Position numbers and translations under genes: made by a program. DNA of 64,000 nucleotides, from NCBI GenBank assembly GCA_963719225.1, contig CAVRAY010000002.1, forward strand, positions 96,001-160,000. Direction: 5' to 3'. The number at the start of each line of letters is the position of its first letter. Positions within the stretch are counted from its first letter, which is position 1. The DNA comes from Thermoanaerobaculia bacterium (GTDB lineage: Bacteria; Acidobacteriota; Thermoanaerobaculia; UBA5066). Positions 40,188-48,403 of the stretch are shown here, piece after piece. The notes beneath the pieces are model-generated. The model searched no databases. It was not told the origin of the DNA and saw nothing but the letters and a program-made list of their open reading frames with translations.

Positions 40188-43157
40188 ATGAAGGCCAGGA
40201 TCTCAATTGTCTCCCTGCTGAGCGTAGTCCTTGGACTCGTCGGTGGGAGCGCGCTCTCCCAGGTGGACGTCACGACCGGGCGCATCGTGGGAACCGTCGT
40301 GGATCCCGATGGGCAGCCCTTGCCGGGCGCGACGATCGCCGCGAAGAGCAAGGCGACCGGCTTGACGCTCACGGGTCTCACCGATGCACGCGGCACCTAC
40401 CGCATCGTGAGCATGCCCGTCGGAACCTATTCGGTGACGGCGTCGCTTTCGGGTTTCGGAAGTCAAAGCGAGCCCGACGTCGTGATCACCCTCGGCTCGG
40501 CCCGCACGGTCGACTTCAACCTCGGTCTCGCGCCCCGCTCCGCGGCCATCACGATCACCGACGAGGTTCGCACAGTCGAAACGACGCAGACGGCCAGCCA
40601 AACCACGGTCGACAACAACGCGATCAGGAGCCTCCCCATCAACGGGCGCAACTTCTCGGACCTCGTCCTCCTCGTGCCCAACGCGCAGAAGGACCCCGTC
40701 AAGGGAAACATCCAGCTCGCCGGCCAGCGCGGCATCAACACGAGCGTCACGCTCGACGGCGTCGACTACAACGACGCGTTCTTCGGCGGTTCGTCCGGAG
40801 ACGGCTCCGCCGAAGGCCGGGCTCCGTTCACCTTGTCGCAGGAGTCCGTCCGTGAATTGCAGGTGATCGGAAACGGCGCCTCGGTGGAGTTCGGGCGCTC
40901 CGGCGGCGGCTTCGTGAACGTCGTCACGAAGAGCGGGAGCAACGCTCTACACGGCTCGGCATTCACTTACAGCCGTCCAAAATCGCTCACGGCCCGATTC
41001 GCAGACGGCACGGATCCAAAGGACCAGCAGACGCAGCAGGTCGGCGCGTCGATCGGTGGGCCGGTTCTTCGCAACAAGCTGTTCTTTTTCGGAGCGTGGG
41101 ACCAGCAGAAACAGTCGACGACGATTCCGATCACGTCGAGCCTCATCACCGACCCGGACATCGCCGCTCGCTATCCGAGGCTCGGACAGACGGACACGAG
41201 CTACGTCCAGGAGCAGAACGGCAGGGTGTTTTTCGGCCGTGTCGACCTGCAACTCGGCAGCCGGCACCGCGTTTACGCCCGGGCGAACTACGCGACGTAC
41301 GACGGGCTGAACGGCACGTCGAGCAGCCAGGCGCAGTCCACGAGCCACAACGGTATCGAGGGGCTGACGTCGAGCTCGTACGTGGCGAGCTGGAACGCGC
41401 TCTATTACCCAAGCACCATCAACGACCTCAACTTCCAGTATGCCCGGAACGATGTCCCGCGCAGGGACAAGGGCCTGGGCCTGCCGGAGATCCGGCTCGG
41501 AAGACCCAGGGGCCCATTTGCCTCGTTCGGCGAGGTCAGTCTCCTCCCGACCCTGGCGACGGACGACCGCATCAGCATCGGCGACACGGCGGCCTTTCTC
41601 GCCGGCGCTCACATGATGAAGGTGGGTGGCGACTACAACGACACCGGCGCGGACCAGATCTTCAAGACCTACTGGCGTGGCAGCTTCAGCTTCAGCTACG
41701 TGACGGCGGACCTTGCAAAGCAAGCCTTTCTCGCCGGCAAGTGGACCCAATACGTCGAGTTCCTCGGCTTGAAAGGCAACACGGTGGACCAGGCCGGACG
41801 GTTCAACGCCCGCCAGAGGGAACTCGCCTTCTTCGTTCAGGACCAGTGGTACGTCAGCTCGTCGCTGACCATCACGGCGGGCCTGAGGTACGAGCGCCTC
41901 GACAATCCCGACGATCCGGTTCTAGACGCGAGAAAGGTCGTCGTGCCGGGCGCCAGGAACGTCCAGCCCGACGCGCAGATTCCGGATGCAAACAACCAGT
42001 GGTCGCCGCGCCTGTCGCTCGCGTGGTCGCCCGGGAGGGACGCGAAGAGCGTCGTACGCATCTCCCTCGGCCGCTACTGGAGCCGCACACCGGCAGTCCT
42101 CTTCGCCCAGCTCTACTCGAACAACGGCCTTGCCGGGGCGACCTACGCCGTGGACGCCAACACCGCGGGGCCGACCGGATTCCCCGCCCCCGGGTGGGGA
42201 ACGGACTTCAACCCGAACGCCGTCCAGCAGCTCGGGAATCTGCCGCCCGGCACCTCCATCGGGGCCCTGAGCGTTTACAGCATGTCGCCGGATTTCAAGA
42301 ACCCGCACACCGACAAGATTACGGTCGGCGCCGAGCGCGAGCTCTTCGGCATCGCCTGGGGCCTCGAAGGGATCTGGGCCAAGAGCTACGACCTCGAGCG
42401 CCTGGACGACCCGAACCTCCTCGCCGCGCCGGCCGCGAACTGCCCCCTGCTCGACCCGAATTCCGGCTCGGCCTGCTACGGCGCCTCGCCGATTTCCGCC
42501 GCGCAGAACTCGGTCAACCCGAACTACGGGCGCCTCACGGTCTACGCGTCGGACGCGCGTTCGGATTTCAAGTCCTTGACGCTGTCCTTCCGGAGGAATT
42601 TCTCGAATGGCTTCCGCTTCTTCGGCTCGGTCACGCGCGCGTCCGATTACGACACCGACTCGAACGAGCGCAACTTCGTCGGCGTCACGCTCTGGGACCG
42701 CCACAACCCTGAGCTGAACTGGGGCCCGTCCGATCGCGACATCGAGTGGCGCGGCGTGGCGAACGCCTCGTATGAGCGCCGGTTCGGGAAAGTCGACGCG
42801 TTCTCGTCCGTTCTCTTCGTCTACCAGACCGGCCACCCGTACACCGCGTACACGGGCAGGGACGACAACAAAGACGGGGCCTTTTTCGACCGCGCCACGA
42901 TCGACGGCGTCGTCGTCGGACGGAATTCGTTCCGCCAGCCCGACTTCTACACGGTGGACGTGCGCTTCGGCCTGGGCTTTCGGCTGGGGCCCGGCACGCT
43001 TGCGGTGTTCCTCGACGTTTTCAACCTCACGAACACGGGCAACCGCTCGACGAGCCTGACGATTTATCCGGGCAGCGGATCGACGTCCTTCGGCGCACTC
43101 GACGCCTTCACGACGACCCCGCGCACGCTACAGCTTTCGGGCCGGTACGATTTCTAG
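40188..43157 (+). CDS. TonB-dependent receptor, Oar-like with carboxypeptidase-regulatory N-domain
   Basis: Signal peptide, G.I.GTV.D..G..LPGATI, LPINGRNF, EFGRSGGG.VNVVTKSG, FVQDQW, terminal PRTLQLSGRYDF. Confidence 0.93.
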   Translation: MKARISIVSLLSVVLGLVGGSALSQVDVTTGRIVGTVVDPDGQPLPGATIAAKSKATGLTLTGLTDARGTYRIVSMPVGTYSVTASLSGFGSQSEPDVVITLGSARTVDFNLGLAPRSAAITITDEVRTVETTQTASQTTVDNNAIRSLPINGRNFSDLVLLVPNAQKDPVKGNIQLAGQRGINTSVTLDGVDYNDAFFGGSSGDGSAEGRAPFTLSQESVRELQVIGNGASVEFGRSGGGFVNVVTKSGSNALHGSAFTYSRPKSLTARFADGTDPKDQQTQQVGASIGGPVLRNKLFFFGAWDQQKQSTTIPITSSLITDPDIAARYPRLGQTDTSYVQEQNGRVFFGRVDLQLGSRHRVYARANYATYDGLNGTSSSQAQSTSHNGIEGLTSSSYVASWNALYYPSTINDLNFQYARNDVPRRDKGLGLPEIRLGRPRGPFASFGEVSLLPTLATDDRISIGDTAAFLAGAHMMKVGGDYNDTGADQIFKTYWRGSFSFSYVTADLAKQAFLAGKWTQYVEFLGLKGNTVDQAGRFNARQRELAFFVQDQWYVSSSLTITAGLRYERLDNPDDPVLDARKVVVPGARNVQPDAQIPDANNQWSPRLSLAWSPGRDAKSVVRISLGRYWSRTPAVLFAQLYSNNGLAGATYAVDANTAGPTGFPAPGWGTDFNPNAVQQLGNLPPGTSIGALSVYSMSPDFKNPHTDKITVGAERELFGIAWGLEGIWAKSYDLERLDDPNLLAAPAANCPLLDPNSGSACYGASPISAAQNSVNPNYGRLTVYASDARSDFKSLTLSFRRNFSNGFRFFGSVTRASDYDTDSNERNFVGVTLWDRHNPELNWGPSDRDIEWRGVANASYERRFGKVDAFSSVLFVYQTGHPYTAYTGRDDNKDGAFFDRATIDGVVVGRNSFRQPDFYTVDVRFGLGFRLGPGTLAVFLDVFNLTNTGNRSTSLTIYPGSGSTSFGALDAFTTTPRTLQLSGRYDF

Positions 43158-43186
43158 ACCCCGCGCCGCGGCAGCCGCCTGCGCCC

Positions 43187-45790
43187 TCACTTCAACCCCT
43201 CGACGAGGAAGAGCTCGGAGGAATAGCGGTGGTGCGTGTAGACGCAGGCCTTCCCGTCCGCCGAGAAGAGGATCGCCCCGATGGCTCCGCCACCCGACGG
43301 ATTGACGGGCGGGATCTCCTTCCAGAGCTCCCGGCGTCCGGTGCGTGGATCGAGGCGGTGGACACGCGTGGGGATCGCCGGCTCGCCGGCGCGCAGCTCG
43401 TCCGCGCTGCGGACGTAGAGGAGCTTTCCGTCCGCGGAAAACTGATTCGGCTCCTCACCGGGAAGGAGGCCGACGACCTTGTGGGTTTCCGTCGTCTCCG
43501 TTGAATAGAGGGTCCAGTCGCCATCGGCCGCTTGCGCACAGAAGAAGCGTCCGTCGCCCGACAGCAGCGTCCCTCCGACCCCCAGGGGCGTGACCGCGCG
43601 GGGCTTCCCCCCGGAGAGATCCTGCACCCATGCACGCCGTCCGTGCGCGGAATCCTCCGCCATGAACCAGATTCTTCGACTGTCCGGAAAGAAACCCATC
43701 CGTCCCCCCTGGAGGAGGCCAGGCGTCTCGATGAGCCGTTTCTGTCCGGGACCGGTTGGAATGAGCAGAATCAGCGGGTCCGGACGGGCGCTGGCGAGCA
43801 CCAACTTTCCGTCCGGCGAAAGCGCCCACGCATAGCCGTCGCCCAGCCGTTTCGGCGGCGCGCCGTCGGTCCGCCGCAGATAGAGCCCGCGCCGGCCGCC
43901 CTGCCCCATGTCGTTGAAGAGAAGAGTGTCGCCGCTCGGAGCCAGATCCACGGCCACCGGGCGGTCGAGGTGGGAGAGATTCCGTGGGCGGGCCTCGCCC
44001 GGAAAGTCCCCCAGGATCTCCGAGCTCTCGGAGATGCGACCGAGGAGCACACGACCATCCGACGAGATGTCGTGGAGGACGAAGTCTCCCGGCAGCGTCG
44101 TCACGCGCCTCTTCGGGCGGCCCGGAACGACGGCGAACAGCTCGGTGGTCCCGCCCGCGACGGAGTTGAACCAGATCTCATTCGTCGCGCGGCTCCACGC
44201 AACCTCCAGGGCTCGCTCGCCCAGATCGCGGACCTGGCCACCGGGCTCCGTCACGTAGAGGTTGAGGCGGGAGACGAACGCAACCCGATCACCCGACGGC
44301 GAGATCGAAATGCGGGGATAAAGAGGGGTTCTTTCGTAGAGCACCTTGCCCACCGGAAACTCGAGCTGGTTCTTGCCTCCGACTTGGCGCACGACCGCGA
44401 GTGACTTGCCGTCCGGGCTCCAGTTTGCGAAGTACACGTCTTCGAGAAGCTCTCGTGGGGTGCCGCCGGCGAGCGGCGCCTCGGCGAGCACCCCCCGGGC
44501 CTGACTCGGGCTGGCACCCGAAATGTCCGAGTGTGGCGCGCGAAAAAACAAGGAGAACCGCGGCGCGAGAAGAAGCGCCATCTGGCCGGAGGAGGAGATG
44601 GAGAGAATCTCCGCCCCCCGAAGGCCGAGCGAACGCGTCTCTGGGCTGTCGAGGCGCGCGGTGAAGAGCTCGAGGGGCTTGCCCTCCCACTGCGCGGCGT
44701 ACACCACCGTTTGCCCGTCCGGCGCAAACCGCGCCGTCGAGATGCCGGCGCCGCGAAATGTCAGCTGCCGGAAGCGTGGCGGGGAGGTGCTCGACCGCTC
44801 GACGCGCCGGCCGAGCAGATAGATTCCGCCCAGCGCTGCTAGCAGCGCAGCCGCCAGACCGATCGCTCCCCATCGTGCCCGGCGCCGCGGAGTCTCGAGC
44901 GAGTGTCTGGCCTCGCCCGAGAGATCCGAGACGTGCTCCCGCAGGGTTGCGAGATCTCGCGCGAGGTCCTCCGTCGCCGCATAGCGGCCCCGCGGCTCCT
45001 TGGCGAGGCACCGCTCGACGATCCAGCGCAACTGAGAGGGGGCCTTGGAATTGAGTGCCGCAATCGACTCCGGCTGCTCCCGAATGATCGCCGCGAGTAC
45101 TTCCGGCCTGGTCGCCCGGTCGAATGCCTGTTTGCCAGTCATCATCTCGTAGAGGATCGAGCCAAAGGAGAACTGATCGGACCGGAAATCCACCGCTTGT
45201 CCGGCCGCCTGCTCGGGCGACATGTAGCCGACGGTCCCCAGGACGACACCGGGCTCGGTCGCGCCGGAAATTGTGATGCCTGGCTCCGTCTGCCCTCTTT
45301 CCGACTCGGAATGCGTCAACTTCGCGACGCCGAAATCGAGGATCTTGACGAAGCCGTCGCTCGTGACCATGACGTTTTCGGGCTTCAGGTCCCGGTGAAC
45401 GATGCCCGACGCATGAGCCTTGGCGAGCCCGTCGGCCACCTGAGCGGCGATCGAGAGCACCTTGCGCAGAGGAAGAGGGTCGGCATAAAGCAACTCCCGC
45501 AACGTATTTCCATCTACCAGCTCCATGACGATGAAAGAGGTCGAATCGCTCTGTCCGACCTCGTGGATCGTCACGATGTTGGGATGGTTCAAGGCGGAGG
45601 CCAGTCGCGCCTCCGCCTCGAAGCGTTTCAGGCGAGCCGTATCGGAGGACAGCGCGGCGGGCAGCACCTTGATCGCGACCTCGCGCTCAAGCCGCGTGTC
45701 CCTGGCACGGTAAACCTCCCCCATCCCGCCCGCTCCAAGCGGGCTCAGCACCTCGTACGGGCCAAGTCGCGTACTCGCGGGAATCGTCAT
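43187..45790 (-). CDS. Membrane Ser/Thr kinase with PD40/TolB-like beta-propeller C-terminus
   Basis: LGAGGMGEVY, HRDLKPEN, DFG, GTVGYMSPEQ; one TM; FAPDG/WSPDG repeats. Confidence 0.95.
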   Translation of the reverse strand: MTIPASTRLGPYEVLSPLGAGGMGEVYRARDTRLEREVAIKVLPAALSSDTARLKRFEAEARLASALNHPNIVTIHEVGQSDSTSFIVMELVDGNTLRELLYADPLPLRKVLSIAAQVADGLAKAHASGIVHRDLKPENVMVTSDGFVKILDFGVAKLTHSESERGQTEPGITISGATEPGVVLGTVGYMSPEQAAGQAVDFRSDQFSFGSILYEMMTGKQAFDRATRPEVLAAIIREQPESIAALNSKAPSQLRWIVERCLAKEPRGRYAATEDLARDLATLREHVSDLSGEARHSLETPRRRARWGAIGLAAALLAALGGIYLLGRRVERSSTSPPRFRQLTFRGAGISTARFAPDGQTVVYAAQWEGKPLELFTARLDSPETRSLGLRGAEILSISSSGQMALLLAPRFSLFFRAPHSDISGASPSQARGVLAEAPLAGGTPRELLEDVYFANWSPDGKSLAVVRQVGGKNQLEFPVGKVLYERTPLYPRISISPSGDRVAFVSRLNLYVTEPGGQVRDLGERALEVAWSRATNEIWFNSVAGGTTELFAVVPGRPKRRVTTLPGDFVLHDISSDGRVLLGRISESSEILGDFPGEARPRNLSHLDRPVAVDLAPSGDTLLFNDMGQGGRRGLYLRRTDGAPPKRLGDGYAWALSPDGKLVLASARPDPLILLIPTGPGQKRLIETPGLLQGGRMGFFPDSRRIWFMAEDSAHGRRAWVQDLSGGKPRAVTPLGVGGTLLSGDGRFFCAQAADGDWTLYSTETTETHKVVGLLPGEEPNQFSADGKLLYVRSADELRAGEPAIPTRVHRLDPRTGRRELWKEIPPVNPSGGGAIGAILFSADGKACVYTHHRYSSELFLVEGLK

Positions 45791-45856
45791 CGGACCACCG
45801 GAAATCATATCGCCCGGGGGGCCGTCGCCTCATCGTGTACCGGTGCCCTGACCGTT

Positions 45857-47611
45857 CTACGGGCCCTCCTTCCAGGTGAACTTCCGCGACGGGTAATGAC
45901 GCACGAGACCGCCGGGGCCCTGGAAGACGACCGAGAGCTCGTGCTCACCCTTGTCCCCCGGGTGAAAAGCGAAGGAGCTCTCATAACCCGCAGTCGAGCA
46001 GTCTCCGAGTGACGGGAGCGCCGCCTGGACGTCCGGGCGCGCGACGCGCGACTGGCTGATCGCGAATCGCGGAGCGCCGTCGATGAGGACGGTCACCCCG
46101 AGGTCGCTCCCCGGAACGCGCGCCCAGCCCTTCACGGTGAGGTCTCCCGTCACAGTGGCGCCCTCGGCCGGCATGTCGATCGAGCCCGTCAGCGTCGCCG
46201 CCTCCGTGCCGATCGGAATCAGCAGCGAGCCGTCCATCTCCGCCCAGGAGATGAACACCCCCGCGACGGATTTTCCGAGCTGCACACCTGCCACGTTGTC
46301 CATCTGGTAGTGAATGCCGGCCCAGATTCTCGAGTCGCCGCCCTCCTTGCCGACGGCCCGGATGAAATCGGCACGCGTCGGGAACAGGTACGCGAGGATC
46401 TCGGACCGGCTCGCCGAGAACGTCGAGTGGTTCGAGGGATAGGACGGGAAGTTGGGAACCGCGAAGAGCGGCACGATCGCGGGATCGAGCTGATGTGGCC
46501 GCGGGTACCAGTACGCAAACTTCCCGTCCTGGCTTGCGATGAAGGCGTCGTACTGCGTCGAGGCGAGGAGCGCGTACACGCGCGCCGCGCGGGGCGGATT
46601 CCGGTCCAGCCCGTCCTCGAACATGAACTTGTCGGCGTACCGGTAGGGCCAGCTGTTGAGGCCTTCCGGACTCTGCCAGTAATAGGCCTTGTAATTGCTC
46701 ACGAACGTCCGCGGAAAGTTTCGAACCGTCGCCACGTCGGCCAGCACCTCGGGCGTGTCGCACGCCGGCGGCGCCGCCGGTCTGAACTCGCTGGCAGAGG
46801 TCAGCAGAAGTGGTCTCCAGGTCCCGCCCGTGACGTTGCCCGGATTCGTGCCGGTCCACTTGCAGGGTCCGGTCGGCACGCTGCCCGTCCAGACGGCATC
46901 CGAACCATCCGCTTTCGCCTTCGCGATGACCTGCTCGGCGACTTTCCGGCCGAGCTCGAGTCCGGCCGTGTAGTCGCTGGGGTACTGAAGGCCGGCGAGG
47001 ACCCGGGACCAACCCGCCTCCTCGGCCATCGCCTGGAAAGACTGTGCCTCCGCGGGCAGGAAATACGCGAGCACGGACGCCGCGGCCTGCGCCGTCGCGG
47101 CGTGCTCGGACGGATACGACGGGCTGTTCGGAACCGACAGGGCCGTGGGCAGGCCGCGCCGGACCTCGCTCGGCCGCCGACGGTTGTAGACGTACTTTGA
47201 TTCCCACGTCGCGATCGTCGCGTCGTACATAGCCTGCGCCAGGTACGTGTAAACGCGGTGCGCGTAAGCGGTCGTCGCCGTTCCGGCGAGGAGGCGCGCG
47301 TTGAGCATATCCATCCAGCGATAGGCCGGGGCCCCGGCGTCCCAGAACTCGATTCGCTGAAGGGTCTGCGCATCGTTGCGGCCGACGAGGCTTCCGAGAG
47401 CGTTCAGTTCGGCTTGGGTCTCCGCGAATCCCGGAGGCGCGGGGGCGCGAAAGTCCTTGCCGGAGGAAATGACCCACGTGCGCCAGGTGCCGGCTGTCGG
47501 CTCGATCTGGGCGCGATCGCGTCCCCCGCCGTCCGCGTGGGCGCGTGACGCGATGCAGGCGACGATGAGCGACATGCCGATGCCGGTCGCAAGATGTGAT
47601 CGAGTCTTCAT
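45857..47611 (-). CDS. Secreted vanadium haloperoxidase/PAP2-like protein with duplicated catalytic domain and C-terminal Ig-like domain
   Basis: Two sets of K-x-RP / PSYPSxH / SR..AG.xY..D motifs; signal peptide; tail GSIDMP.EG..V.G...V.GWA. Confidence 0.85.
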   Translation of the reverse strand: MKTRSHLATGIGMSLIVACIASRAHADGGGRDRAQIEPTAGTWRTWVISSGKDFRAPAPPGFAETQAELNALGSLVGRNDAQTLQRIEFWDAGAPAYRWMDMLNARLLAGTATTAYAHRVYTYLAQAMYDATIATWESKYVYNRRRPSEVRRGLPTALSVPNSPSYPSEHAATAQAAASVLAYFLPAEAQSFQAMAEEAGWSRVLAGLQYPSDYTAGLELGRKVAEQVIAKAKADGSDAVWTGSVPTGPCKWTGTNPGNVTGGTWRPLLLTSASEFRPAAPPACDTPEVLADVATVRNFPRTFVSNYKAYYWQSPEGLNSWPYRYADKFMFEDGLDRNPPRAARVYALLASTQYDAFIASQDGKFAYWYPRPHQLDPAIVPLFAVPNFPSYPSNHSTFSASRSEILAYLFPTRADFIRAVGKEGGDSRIWAGIHYQMDNVAGVQLGKSVAGVFISWAEMDGSLLIPIGTEAATLTGSIDMPAEGATVTGDLTVKGWARVPGSDLGVTVLIDGAPRFAISQSRVARPDVQAALPSLGDCSTAGYESSFAFHPGDKGEHELSVVFQGPGGLVRHYPSRKFTWKEGP

Positions 47612-47719
47612 AACTGCCGTCCTTTCACTTTCGCGTGTGGATTAACCGCCGTTCCTGAGACTCCGTCGCATTCCCGTGGCTCTCAAAATGGGTTCGCCTC
47701 CTCGAGATGTCTCAGGAGT

Positions 47720-47760
47720 GCGATAAGCTCTCGCTACCTTTTCGCTAAGGGTTCGCGGAT
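47720..47760. promoter_or_regulatory. 11-bp-periodic direct repeats, putative wHTH operator (module 2)
   Basis: GCGATAAG (47720), TCGCTACC (47731), TCGCTAAG (47742), TCGCGGAT (47753). Confidence 0.68.
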
Positions 47761-48403
47761 GCGGCTGACGATCGGTCGTTGCCTCTTCGATTCGGGAGCC
47801 CGGGAGGTTTCTCGGGACGGTCGGCCCGTGGCGATTTCTCCGAAAGCCTTTCAGCTCCTGGACCTCCTCATCGGCAGGCGCCCCAACGCCGTCTCGAAGG
47901 AGCAGCTTCACGAGGTCCTCTGGCCGGACACGTTCGTTTCCGACGCGAACCTGCCGAACCTCGTCGCGGAGCTGCGTGCGAGCCTCGGCGACGAGGCCCG
48001 AAATCCCCGCGTGATCCGGACGGTGCCGCGGTTCGGCTACGCGTTCTGCGGCGAAGCGGTGCCGGTGCCGAGCGAGCCGGGCCGCCCAGCCGGATTCAAG
48101 CTGACCTGGAGCGGCCGCGCGATCGCGCTTCGGGAAGGAGAGAACATCCTGGGCAGAGAGCCCGACGCCGCGGTCTGGCTCGACGTGGGCAGCGTGTCGC
48201 GCCGCCATGCGCGCATCGTCGTGTCGGGAGATTCGGCGACGCTGGAGGACCTCGGCAGCAAGAACGGAACGTTCCGGAAGGGTAAGGCGGTCACACGGCC
48301 GGCCGCCCTTGCCGACGGCGATCGCTTACGCATCGGAACCGTGGAGATGACCTTACGGTACTACGCTGGGGCCGTCTCGACGCAGGGGGTGCGAAGCCGG
48401 TGA
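47759..48403 (+). CDS. Winged-helix plus FHA domain transcriptional regulator (paralog of 39471)
   Basis: ISPKAFQLL...LWPDTFVS...IRTVPRFGYAF; GRE...VSRRHARI...LEDLGSKNGT. Confidence 0.93.
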   Translation: MRLTIGRCLFDSGAREVSRDGRPVAISPKAFQLLDLLIGRRPNAVSKEQLHEVLWPDTFVSDANLPNLVAELRASLGDEARNPRVIRTVPRFGYAFCGEAVPVPSEPGRPAGFKLTWSGRAIALREGENILGREPDAAVWLDVGSVSRRHARIVVSGDSATLEDLGSKNGTFRKGKAVTRPAALADGDRLRIGTVEMTLRYYAGAVSTQGVRSR

